Position numbers and translations under genes: made by a program. Below the pieces are notes generated by a model that saw only the letters and a program-made list of their open reading frames with translations, searched no databases and was not told the origin of the DNA. A DNA stretch of 64,000 nt. It comes from an uncultured bacterium. GTDB taxonomy: Bacteria > Oederibacteriota > PGYV01 > CAWJRG01. Of this stretch, positions 1 to 8,825 are shown one piece after another. The stretch spans positions 608,001 through 672,000 of the forward strand of contig CAWJRG010000009.1 of the NCBI GenBank assembly GCA_963845185.1, given 5' to 3'. Within the stretch, counting starts at the first letter, position 1. Each line of letters begins with the position of its first letter.

Positions 1-111
1 AGGAAAATCGAAAAGCACGATGAAGAAATAACGGCAATATTTGATGCCATACGCCAGCTAATACGCCAGCCAGAGAAACCCAAACATAAACAAATCGGGT
101 TCAGGCCGTAA
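1..111 (+). CDS. 3' end of a gene, resembling the C-terminus of ORF6N-domain DNA-binding proteins (partial)
   Basis: Frame 1 reads RKIEKHDEEITAIFDAIRQLIRQPEKPKHKQIGFRP*; the IFDAIRQL...IGF ending is typical of this family. Confidence 0.45.
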   Translation, partial: RKIEKHDEEITAIFDAIRQLIRQPEKPKHKQIGFRP

Positions 112-239
112 ATTCTTTATCTTCTCCCCCTTGTGGAGGAGAAAACAAGAGAGGGGATAAAAATGAAAATACCAATCTCAAACCATAAACCACTCACTTT
201 CGTTCGGGTATATGGTTGCTATTTTAAGGGGGTTCTATT

Positions 240-1427
240 ATGAGGATAGCAATTTCCAAAATCAAAGAAAATCCCAATAACCCGAGGCATGTCTTTGACC
301 AGGCAGAGGACGACAGCCTGGCCGCGTCCATGCAAAAACAGGGACAGCTTGTCGCCTGCGTGGTCAGGCAGGCTGCGTCTGACAGCTTTCAGCTTATTTC
401 CGGCGCACGCAGGCTGAGGGCAGCCAAAAAGAACGGGTGGCCAGAGCTGGAATGCGTCATTGAGGATAAGTCAGAGGGGGATGAGGCCATAGAGCTCATG
501 GTGTACAACGGCGGAAAGAAGCTTTTCTGGCTGGAGGAGTACGAGGGTATTGAATATGCCCGGTCAAAGAACCCAGGTATGACCCAGCAGGAGCTTGCAG
601 ACAGACTTGAGGTAACTCAGCAAAAGGTAAGTTGCGTCCAAAAAGCCTTGTCGTTATTGAATAAATCGGCGCGGGAGGCAATTTACCGGAATCCGGTAAA
701 ATCTGATAATTGGATGGTTACAGAGGCTGCTGTTCTAGCTCTGATCAAGCTGGCAAATGGCCAACCTGATGACCAAGACGGGGTAGAGCAGGCTTTGAGG
801 GTCGTTCTTGACCGCCGAATGACCGAAAAACAGGTAAAGAAGCTGATAGCATGGATTAAGAAAGGCAATTCGCCCGAGACCTTCCCCCAGGACGGTAAGC
901 TGTCAGGGGTAAAGGGGGCAAAACAGCAGAACTTTGACCCTAATGACCAGTATGCCGACCTCTGGCAGCCTTTGCCAAAGAATGTGGCAATCCACAAGAC
1001 TTCAAAGGGGTATAGGATAACCATGAATGTTTCCGAAGCCGAGGCACCGGGCATTGTATATGGGGCAATGGCGTTCAGGGAGTCCCTAGATCAAAAGCTC
1101 AATGGCCAAGGTTCAAATGGCAATAATAAGTACTCCGAAGCTCTGCCGGGGCTGCGGGAAAAGGCGGCGGAACGGATAAAGGCGTGCAACATGCCGGGTG
1201 CTCCGTGCGACGGGGATGGCTCCGAGCCAGGAACCAGGAATCAGAAATTAGAAACTTCAGGTAATTCCGGAAATGCCCCCATGACTCTGTTGAATGGCAT
1301 ATTGAACCAAAAAGTTATATCGACGAGCGCTGACCCTGTTGACCAGATTAAGGCCGAAATGTTAAATAATGGAGCTGATCTTTTAAAGAAAGGCGTAAAG
1401 AAGCTTTGGGATCATTTTAATAAGTAA
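240..1427 (+). CDS. ParB/RepB/Spo0J family protein with HTH and an unrecognised C-terminal half
   Basis: N-terminal NPNNPR...LAASM...LISGARRLRAA ParB motif; HTH-like MTQQELADRLEVTQQKVS. Confidence 0.8.
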   Translation: MRIAISKIKENPNNPRHVFDQAEDDSLAASMQKQGQLVACVVRQAASDSFQLISGARRLRAAKKNGWPELECVIEDKSEGDEAIELMVYNGGKKLFWLEEYEGIEYARSKNPGMTQQELADRLEVTQQKVSCVQKALSLLNKSAREAIYRNPVKSDNWMVTEAAVLALIKLANGQPDDQDGVEQALRVVLDRRMTEKQVKKLIAWIKKGNSPETFPQDGKLSGVKGAKQQNFDPNDQYADLWQPLPKNVAIHKTSKGYRITMNVSEAEAPGIVYGAMAFRESLDQKLNGQGSNGNNKYSEALPGLREKAAERIKACNMPGAPCDGDGSEPGTRNQKLETSGNSGNAPMTLLNGILNQKVISTSADPVDQIKAEMLNNGADLLKKGVKKLWDHFNK

Positions 1428-1572
1428 TCCTGAGCGAAATCGAAGGATGGGATCATTTTAGGAAGGATTTGTGATAAAATTGAAAATGAAAGGCGGCGGT
1501 AAATGATAAGATTTCAACTTTCTGTTCAAGATTTAAAACGCACGAAGCAAGGTCTGGCACTTTTTTTTCTTT

Positions 1573-1728
1573 TTATCAATTAAGAATTATCAATTTTCAA
1601 TGAAATGAAAGGCTTAAATTGACAACATTGACAACTGAGAATTGAAAATTATTAAAAAAGCAGGAGGAAAAAAAGATGAAAAAAATGATTTTAATTATTT
1701 GTTGGTTGTTTTTAATTGTCTGCTGGCC
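1573..1728 (+). repeat. Leader repeat copy 1 (AT-rich imperfect palindrome, GGAGG RBS, signal peptide start); other copies at about 2415-2556 and 3968-4123
   Basis: 1573-1728 is nearly identical to 3968-4123; the middle copy is diverged but shares GAAAATTATTAAAAAAGCAGGAGGAAA and the MKKxIxIICxLFLxVCWP start. Confidence 0.9.
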
Positions 1729-2062
1729 CGTGGGAGTTATGTTGCGAGGCGGGGATAATGCCGGCGCCGGGATAAAAGCAGCTCCGGCCGCTTCGGCAGA
1801 GACGGCAAACAAAAACATACCGGGCGTGACAGAAGAAATAGGCTCAGACGGGGTAAAGACGGTGACGATAAACCTGTCTGAGATAGATGAGAACAAACTG
1901 CCGGAAAAATATGTGCCGGAAGTTATATTGGAGGCGCCGATAATCGGAGCTGAAAGCGGGGAAGGAACGCTTGAATTAAACGGAAAAATGATTGCCAAAC
2001 AGGACATGAATGGAATAATGAATCTCGGGGATAAAAGTTTCACACCCGATGGGACAATCTGA
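1676..2062 (+). pseudogene. Truncated paralogue of the secreted protein at 2502-3713
   Basis: Near-identical to the second copy up to CCCGATGGGAC (2055 matches 2878), then runs into the IS110 remnant and stops. Confidence 0.85.
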
Positions 2063-2210
2063 AACGTAAAACCATGACTGTTCTTTGTGAAGATCAACTC
2101 CGACATAATGCATGTGTGGTTCCTCCTTTGTTATTTTGTTACTCGCATAACTATTTTAACAAAGATTTGGAACCCACGTGCATTCTAATAAACACTTAAC
2201 ATATTATCAG
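2056..2210 (-). mobile_element. IS110-family element remnant (left end plus first ~19 codons of transposase)
   Basis: Minus strand has AAAGGAGG RBS, then ATG at 2113 encoding MHYVGVDLHKEQSWFYVSD, matching the IS110 DEDD N-terminal YVGxDxHK motif; not in the ORF track. Confidence 0.75.
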
Positions 2211-2310
2211 ACCTTGCTTGTTGCATTTTTAAAAGAAAGGGCCGTCGGCAAATGAAAAGATTTCAATTTTCTGTCCGGGATTTAAAACGCACGAAGCAAG
2301 GTCTGGCACT
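2208..2310. repeat. REP/MITE-like element with 12-bp inverted ends; right part also present at about 1487-1561
   Basis: CAGACCTTGCTT (2208-2219) and AAGCAAGGTCTG (2294-2305); GATTTAAAACGCACGAAGCAAGGTCTGGCACT is shared with 1530-1561. Confidence 0.7.
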
Positions 2311-2321
2311 CTTACCGTTCT

Positions 2322-2408
2322 TCCAGCACAGTATATAACAACGAAATGTGGGTAATAGGCGGATATAACGGCATAAATTATTTAAATGACGTTTGGTGGA
2401 GCTATTAA
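2322..2408 (+). pseudogene. 3'-terminal fragment of a Kelch-like repeat gene
   Basis: Encodes SSTVYNNEMWVIGGYNGINYLNDVWWSY*, the same repeat type as the proteins at 35141 and 46197. Confidence 0.8.
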
Positions 2409-2501
2409 AGCAATTATTAATTAAGAATTATCAGTTTTCATTTTAACGATTAGTTAAAAATTGGAAAGTGAAAATTATTAAAAAAGCAGGAGGAAAGAAA
2501 G

Positions 2502-3713
2502 ATGAAAAAAATAATTACAATAATTTGTTGTTTGTTTTTACTTGTTTGTTGGCCTACGGGAGTAATGGCGCAGGTAAATAATAATGCCATTGGGATAACG
2601 ACAACTCCATCCGTATCGGCAGAAACGACAAACAAAAACATACCCGGAGTGACAGAAGAAATAGGCTCAGACGGGGTAAAGACGGTGACGATAAACCTGT
2701 CTGAGATAGATGAGAACAAACTGCCGGAGCGATATGTGCCGGAGGTTATATTGGAGGCGCCGATAATCGGAGCTGAAAGCGGGGAAGGAACGCTTGAATT
2801 AAACGGAAAAATGATTGCCAAACAGGACATGAATGGAATAATGAATCTCGGGGATAAAAGTTTCACACCCGATGGGACGTTTTTAATGTCATCAGTGACC
2901 GACGGCTATCCTGACGAATCCTCGTTTGATGTAAAAATAGACGACAAAGGGAATATCTATATTTTGGATATTCTGAACGGCAGGATTCAAATGTTTAATA
3001 ATAAGGGCAAGCATGTGAAAAATATACCAATAAAAAATAGTTTTAAAACGCGCTGGGACGAAGTTAAAAGCTATAAAATTTACGAGAATTTTAAGAATGA
3101 AATTGCCATAACAGACGGCAAAATATACGTAAGGGACAGGAGTAAAAATAAAATCGAACAGCTTGATGAAACCGGCACAATAAAGGAAACCATAGACATA
3201 CCGGATAAGATAGAAGGACAAGATACAGCGGGAATGAAGCTCTGGGCAGATGAAGAAGGGGTGGGGGTGGGGAAGTGGAAAAATGTCAAGAAAGCGACAA
3301 ACACAATTGACGTTAAACAAATAACACCAAATGAATTTGAAATTTGGCAAAGAGGTCAGAAAATTATGATTGTTAAGAATATACCTTCTGAGGATAATAT
3401 GCAATTAATTTACACTGATAAATTTAATGACACATATTTTTATTTCTTTGGAATGAAGGATAACGGTATTATAAAAGTATCAAGAAATGGTTCGGTTTTA
3501 TCAATTATTAGAGATTGGAAATATCAGTTTGGTAAAGAGTGGTACGATGATTGCGGTAACAAGCCCCAGCCCTTGTTACTGAATTGGGCAAAAAGTATGA
3601 TATTTGATAGCAAAGGCAATCTATATATTTGTTATAAAAATTGTTGCAAAGAAAAAGAAAATTGTTTGAACAAAATTAAAATTATTAAATTGTCACCAGT
3701 TAAAGGAAAATAA
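2502..3713 (+). CDS. Secreted protein with NHL-like beta-propeller repeat(s)
   Basis: Signal peptide ending VMA-Q; VKIDDKGNIYILDILNGRIQMF and MIFDSKGNLYI blades. Confidence 0.75.
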   Translation: MKKIITIICCLFLLVCWPTGVMAQVNNNAIGITTTPSVSAETTNKNIPGVTEEIGSDGVKTVTINLSEIDENKLPERYVPEVILEAPIIGAESGEGTLELNGKMIAKQDMNGIMNLGDKSFTPDGTFLMSSVTDGYPDESSFDVKIDDKGNIYILDILNGRIQMFNNKGKHVKNIPIKNSFKTRWDEVKSYKIYENFKNEIAITDGKIYVRDRSKNKIEQLDETGTIKETIDIPDKIEGQDTAGMKLWADEEGVGVGKWKNVKKATNTIDVKQITPNEFEIWQRGQKIMIVKNIPSEDNMQLIYTDKFNDTYFYFFGMKDNGIIKVSRNGSVLSIIRDWKYQFGKEWYDDCGNKPQPLLLNWAKSMIFDSKGNLYICYKNCCKEKENCLNKIKIIKLSPVKGK

Positions 3714-3962
3714 ATGAAACACAAATATTTGATCTTAGGAATATTCCCGGGAATTATGGGAATATTTTTATTTTCAAATATTTTATATGCTTTGACTGGA
3801 AGTCAAATAATAACAAATGCACAAAATTATGAAAATTTTCCATGGGCATGTAATGCTCAAAATGCAAGGCCTGCAAATACTGGCGCATGGAATTATTATG
3901 ATACAACTGGGGGTGGTGGTAACGGCACAAATTATTTAAATGACGTATGGTGGAGCTATTAA
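3714..3962 (+). pseudogene. 5' stub of a secreted protein fused to the Kelch-gene tail
   Basis: Signal peptide plus ~45 residues, then from 3920 the sequence repeats 2366-2408 (NGTNYLNDVWWSY*). Confidence 0.7.
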
Positions 3963-4070
3963 AGCAATTATCAATTAAGAATTATCAATTTTCAATGAAA
4001 TGAAAGGCTTAAATTGACAACATTGACAACTGAGAATTGAAAATTATTAAAAAAGCAGGAGGAAAGAAAG

Positions 4071-5127
4071 ATGAAAAAGACAATTTTAATTATTTGTTGG
4101 TTATTTTTAATTGTTTGCTGGCCGGGGGGGGTACTGGCGCAGGGGGAGAATACAGGAGTTACAACAAGCCGTAACACAACAGGCTGAATCAGAAACAATA
4201 ATGGCTCAGGGTGAAGGAAATGCAAAATTAAAAGTTGAAGAAGTTTTATTTTGTCCATGGGGAAATGGCAAAGGAAAAATCAATATTAAGGAAGAAAAAT
4301 ACACTACAAATATGGGTCAGGAAGCATTTGAAAGGCATGGGCCTGAAGAATTAAAAGTAGATAATAACGGTGATATATATATATATATTTATGACGGAAA
4401 AAATAAATATATTAAGAAATTTGAGGATGGTCAAGAAAAGAATGTAATATTAAATCCACTTACACCGCAGAGTTGGAAAATTGATGAAGAGGGAAGCATT
4501 ATTATTACAAATGGTATGTATGAACTTAAAACTGAAATATACGATAAAAATTTAAATAAAATGTTATCGAAAACATATATAGATAAAAAAGGATGGGGAT
4601 ATGTTCATTTTTATGGGAATGAAATGGCATTAAGTAACGGGATTTTTGATAAATCAAAAATGGAAAAAATTAAATTCAGGGATAAAGTATATAAAAAAGA
4701 AAAAAAATATCACTCTTTTGATATAACAACTCAAGTTACTTATCCTGATCCTATGCGCCCGGTAGTTAATGAAAAAATCATAATAAGTAACTTAAAAAAT
4801 ATCGGCTGGGACAAAGATGTTTTAGTGCTATCAAGACCAGGTAAAGATGATGTGGGTAGTGTAGAAATATTACATATAAATGACAATGGAGATATATTTA
4901 TTTGCCTTCGAATGTACGAAGCGCGACCTGTAAATATGAGCAGAGATAGTGCGATAATGAAAATAAATAAAAATGGAATAATCGAATATGAATATAAAAC
5001 AATAAAAGATGACTTTATTGAATCTGACGGCAGTGGTCGTTATGCCGTGGATGACAATGATAATGTTTATTATATGTATACAAATGAAAAAGGAGTGCAT
5101 GTTATAAAAATCAGCGAGGTAAAATGA
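4071..5127 (+). pseudogene. Secreted NHL-like beta-propeller protein, frameshifted just after the signal peptide
   Basis: RBS and ATG at 4071 give MKKTILIICWLFLIVCWPGGVLAQ, stopping near 4187; the body (GPEELKVDNNGDIYI, YAVDDNDNVYY) is in the +1 frame (track ORF 4111-5127). Confidence 0.75.
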
Positions 5128-5354
5128 AAAAATTTTGTTTACTTTTAGGCCTTGCGAGTTTAATGATATTGTTTTTTATAGAAAATATTTTATGCCTGGA
5201 TAATATAAATTTCACACAGACTTTTAATGTAGATAATGTATATGCAAATAATGTTCCCGATCAAATATCAATAAAAAATTATATTAAAAGGGTTATTATC
5301 GGCGAAATTGGACAGACATGGAGTCAACAAGCAAATTATTTAAACGGAACGTAG
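5124..5354 (+). pseudogene. 5' stub of a secreted SpoIID/LytB-like protein
   Basis: Signal peptide, then KNYIKRVIIGEIGQTWSQQA resembling the SpoIID YLxGVVxxEMxxSWxxEA motif; it ends where LKAQAVAARTY would follow. Confidence 0.55.
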
Positions 5355-5486
5355 CGGAGGAGTGGAAGCATGGAAGTTCGGGAAACGGAAGGAAGCCGCC
5401 GACTCCTGCGCGCGGGTTCCACTGTACCCAAAACATTTGATTTTCACGCAAATTTTTAGTATTATTAAGACAAGCGAGGTGCAACA

Positions 5487-5678
5487 ATGCATAAAATAAA
5501 AGAAGAATTTATCACGGACAAAAAAGGAAAAAAAACAGCGGTTATTATTCCAATAAAGGAATATGAAGAGTTGATGGAAGACCTTCACGATATTTCAATA
5601 GTCGCGGAAAGAAAAGACGAGTCCACAATATCTTTTGAAGAGGTTGAAAAAAGGTTGAAGAAAAATGGGCGGGTATAG
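5487..5678 (+). CDS. Antitoxin of a type II TA pair
   Basis: FITDKKGKKTAVIIPIKEYEELMEDLHD pattern; overlaps the RelE-like gene. Confidence 0.8.
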   Translation: MHKIKEEFITDKKGKKTAVIIPIKEYEELMEDLHDISIVAERKDESTISFEEVEKRLKKNGRV

Positions 5679-5931
5679 GATAGATTTAAAAAATTCCGCG
5701 TATCACGACCTGAAAAAAATTGACAGGCATATGCAGGCCAAAATACTTGGAGAAATCAAAGGCCTATCGCATAATCCATTTCCATCTGACGTGAAAAAAC
5801 TAAAAGGCACTGAAAGCATTTATCGGATAAGAACGGGGGATTACAGAGTTATTTATAAAATCGAAGAAAACACAATAATTATTTATTATATAAGGCACAG
5901 GAAAGATGCATACGGGTTTTTAAATAGTTAA
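5665..5931 (+). CDS. RelE/ParE family toxin
   Basis: KKLKG...YRIRTGDYRVIY...IRHRKDAY motif. Confidence 0.9.
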   Translation: MGGYRIDLKNSAYHDLKKIDRHMQAKILGEIKGLSHNPFPSDVKKLKGTESIYRIRTGDYRVIYKIEENTIIIYYIRHRKDAYGFLNS

Positions 5932-5995
5932 GCAATGCTTTTGTTATTTTACTCTGTAAATTGGGAATCCTTTAAAGGCTCAAAACAATACAAAC

Positions 5996-6030
5996 ACGGC
6001 GGATGCGGGAAACTGCACCGCCGTTTTTTT
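5996..6030 (+). terminator. Rho-independent terminator
   Basis: ACGGCGG...CCGCCGT stem followed by a T run. Confidence 0.7.
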
Positions 6031-6098
6031 GTTTTCAATAGCCCCAAGTTGTGCGATAATATCCTTATTGACAATAATAAAAACAGCGAGGTGACGTC

Positions 6099-7388
6099 AT
6101 GATTAAAAGATATACTCTTGAAAAGATGGGCGCATTATGGTCAGAGGAAGCAAAATATAATTCATGGCTCAATGTCGAGATAGCGGTATGCGAGGCATGG
6201 GCAAAGCAGGGCAAAATACCGAAAAAGGACCTTGCCAGCATAAAGAAAAAAGCCAAATTTGACGTTAAGCAGATTGAGGAAATAGAGGCCATAAGGCGGC
6301 ATGACGTGATTGCTTTTACTGAATCAGTCGCAAAGCACGTAGGCCCGGCGGCGCGCTATATCCACATGGGCATCACTTCTTCTGATATCGTGGATACGGC
6401 ATTTGCGCTGAGGCTTGTTAAAGCCTGCGATATAGTGATGGAAGACACAACAAAATTAATAGCAACTTTGAAAAAACTTGCCATAAAGTATAAATATACC
6501 GTGCAGATAGGCCGTACGCACAACGTACACGCAGAGCCTATAACTTTCGGGCTGAAAATACTTGTATGGTATTTTGAAATGAAAAGGAACTATGACAGGC
6601 TCAAATACGCAAGGGAAGGCGTGAGGGTGGGTAAACTCTCGGGCGCAGTAGGCAATTACGCCAACATACCTCCTTCGATTGAAAGTTTTACATTATCGCG
6701 GCTTGGTCTGAAAAGGGCAGAGGCGACAAACCAGGTAATACAGCGCGACAGGTACGCGCAGCTCATGACTACGCTTGCCATAACCGCAGGCTCCATAGAA
6801 AAAATAGCCACGGAAATCAGGAATTTACAGCATACTGAGATACTCGAAGTTGAGGAGCCTTTTGCTGAGGGACAAAAGGGCTCGTCTGCCATGCCGCATA
6901 AAAGGAATCCGGTCGTATGCGAGCAGATAACAGGCCTTTCAAGGGTAATAAGGAGCAACTCTATAGCGGCGCTTGAGAACATCACTCTATGGCACGAGAG
7001 GGACATATCCCACTCGTCTGTAGAGAGGATAATAGTTCCGGACAGTTTTATACTCACGCACTACATCACAAACAAAATAAACTGGGTGCTTACTAACCTG
7101 CTTGTTTATCCTTCGAACATGAAAAGGAACCTGCATTATTTAAAAGGAGCCATATTCTCGCAGAGGCTTCTGCTCGCGCTTGTGCAAAAAGGCATGACAA
7201 GGGAAAAAGCATATGAGATAGTGCAGAGTAACGCGATGAAGGTATGGAAAGGCGAGTCGCCTGATTTTATAACAGCGCTGCTTGCCGACAAGGATGTGAA
7301 AAAAGATTTCACGGGCAAAGAGCTTGATAAGATTTTTGACGTGAATTATTATCTGAAGTACGTGGGCGAGTTTTACAAAAGGGTGTAG
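6099..7388 (+). CDS. purB: Adenylosuccinate lyase
   Basis: HDVIAF, GRTHNVHAEP, GSSAMPHKRNP signature, WHERDISHSSVER. Confidence 0.97.
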   Translation: MIKRYTLEKMGALWSEEAKYNSWLNVEIAVCEAWAKQGKIPKKDLASIKKKAKFDVKQIEEIEAIRRHDVIAFTESVAKHVGPAARYIHMGITSSDIVDTAFALRLVKACDIVMEDTTKLIATLKKLAIKYKYTVQIGRTHNVHAEPITFGLKILVWYFEMKRNYDRLKYAREGVRVGKLSGAVGNYANIPPSIESFTLSRLGLKRAEATNQVIQRDRYAQLMTTLAITAGSIEKIATEIRNLQHTEILEVEEPFAEGQKGSSAMPHKRNPVVCEQITGLSRVIRSNSIAALENITLWHERDISHSSVERIIVPDSFILTHYITNKINWVLTNLLVYPSNMKRNLHYLKGAIFSQRLLLALVQKGMTREKAYEIVQSNAMKVWKGESPDFITALLADKDVKKDFTGKELDKIFDVNYYLKYVGEFYKRV

Positions 7389-7520
7389 TTGATTTTGCAT
7401 TACGGATTTCGTATATGCCGTTAAACTCTCCTTGGGGATTTAGTAGTAATATTGCAGTACCTTCCCTTTGACTCTGGATAGCTCTGAAAACTTTAAACTG
7501 ATTAATTACATGAGGGCAAA

Positions 7521-7622
7521 TACCGCTTGTCCTCGGCCCGAAAGGCCTCTGACTTGAGCGGGTATAAGACTCCGTAAGATTTTGCCTTCGCTGTTGACAC
7601 TCGGCAAAATCAACGGACTCTA
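7521..7622 (+). repeat. Dispersed double-hairpin element; relatives at 45956-46047 (+), 48501-48613 (-) and 63472-63588 (+)
   Basis: Shared TACC(G/T)CTTGTC...GACTTGAGCGG hairpin followed by an ATTTTG...CAAAAT hairpin. Confidence 0.75.
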
Positions 7623-7635
7623 AGGAGCTCTGTAT

Positions 7636-8535
7636 ATGTCAATAGTCATAGTAGGTTCAATAGCCATGGATACGATAAAGACGCCTTTTGCCAAAAAGGA
7701 CCACATTCTCGGAGGCGCGGCTGTTTATTCATCAATATCAGCTTCCTTTTTTGCTAAGCCATACGTGGTTGGCGTCATTGGCGATGATTTTCCTGACGAG
7801 CACATTAAGCTTTTGCACTCAAAAGGTGTTGATACGGCAGGGGTAAAAAAAGAAAAAGGCAAGACATTCCACTGGGAAGGCGAATATGAGTTTGACATGA
7901 ATTCACGGCATACGATAGTAACCGAGCTTAATGTATTCGGCAACTTCGACCCTGTTATCCCGGAGCAGTATAAAAAGATGCCTTATTTGTTCCTGGCAAA
8001 TATCCAGCCGGATTTGCAGCTTAAAGTGCTGAATTCAATGGAACGCCTGAAGTTTTCGATTTGCGACACAATGAATTACTGGATTGAAAACGCAAAAGAC
8101 AAGTTGATTGAGGTTTTTAAAAAGGTTGACGCCGTGGTTTTAAACGATTCCGAGGTCCGGGAATTTACAGGCGCGACAAACCTCGCGACTGCCGCAAAAA
8201 AAATAAAAAAACTGGGTCCCAAATATGTTATAATCAAACGTGGTGAACACGGAGCCTCGATAATGGGCGACGATATGTACTTTGTCCTCGGCACTTACCC
8301 TGTCGAGAACGTAGTTGACCCCACAGGAGCAGGCGATTCGTTCGCAGGCGCTTTTATAGGTTATATTGCCAGGACAGGCAATACTAAAGATTCCACGCTA
8401 AAAAGGGCGCTTGCTTACGCGAACGTGGTCGCATCTTACAGTGTCGAGGATTTCGGCATAGACAGGCTGGTCAAGCTCTCCACAAAAGAAATTGAAAAAA
8501 GGATTAAAGAAGTAAAAAAAATGATTTCATTTTAA
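7636..8535 (+). CDS. PfkB family carbohydrate/nucleoside kinase
   Basis: VVDPTGAGDSFAG PfkB signature. Confidence 0.93.
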   Translation: MSIVIVGSIAMDTIKTPFAKKDHILGGAAVYSSISASFFAKPYVVGVIGDDFPDEHIKLLHSKGVDTAGVKKEKGKTFHWEGEYEFDMNSRHTIVTELNVFGNFDPVIPEQYKKMPYLFLANIQPDLQLKVLNSMERLKFSICDTMNYWIENAKDKLIEVFKKVDAVVLNDSEVREFTGATNLATAAKKIKKLGPKYVIIKRGEHGASIMGDDMYFVLGTYPVENVVDPTGAGDSFAGAFIGYIARTGNTKDSTLKRALAYANVVASYSVEDFGIDRLVKLSTKEIEKRIKEVKKMISF

Positions 8536-8593
8536 ATGAAAACTTAAGCCACTAATTGGGCATGCGGGCAAAGGCCTCTCATGGTTGGCATCA

Positions 8594-8766
8594 CTCTCCC
8601 TTGATGGGAGAGGGTAGGGTGAGGGTGAAGTAGCAGTAACAGCTATGTAATTAAAGCTAAAATTATAGAATGCGAAATAAGAAAAAGAAGTTTTGGGATT
8701 GGGTGTTAGCGCGAAATGCCGCTACGTCACCCCCATCCCGGCCTTCCCCCGTCGAGGGGGAAGGGG
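8594..8766. repeat. Inverted pair of CTCCC...GGGAG-type REP-like palindromes; related hairpins at about 122-158, 14914-14947 and 45654-45751
   Basis: CTCTCCCTTGATGGGAGAGGGTAGGGTGAGGGTG and the oppositely oriented CCCCCATCCCGGCCTTCCCCCGTCGAGGGGGAAGG. Confidence 0.7.
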
Positions 8767-8825
8767 TGTTCTTAAAGCCGTTGACAAACGGCGTAATTTA
8801 TTCATCACGACGGGAGATGATTTAT

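Noticed and set aside
2368..2390. dif/Xer site at GGCATAAATTATTTAAAT
   Set aside because: The arm-like sequences lack the 6-bp central spacer, and the sequence is explained as Kelch coding sequence (GINYLN).
8670..8816. N-terminal extension of the aminotransferase (similarly the track starts at 12049, 15031, 36918, 41316 and 63482)
   Set aside because: The extensions run through REP or promoter sequence or an upstream gene; most have a better RBS-associated start downstream.
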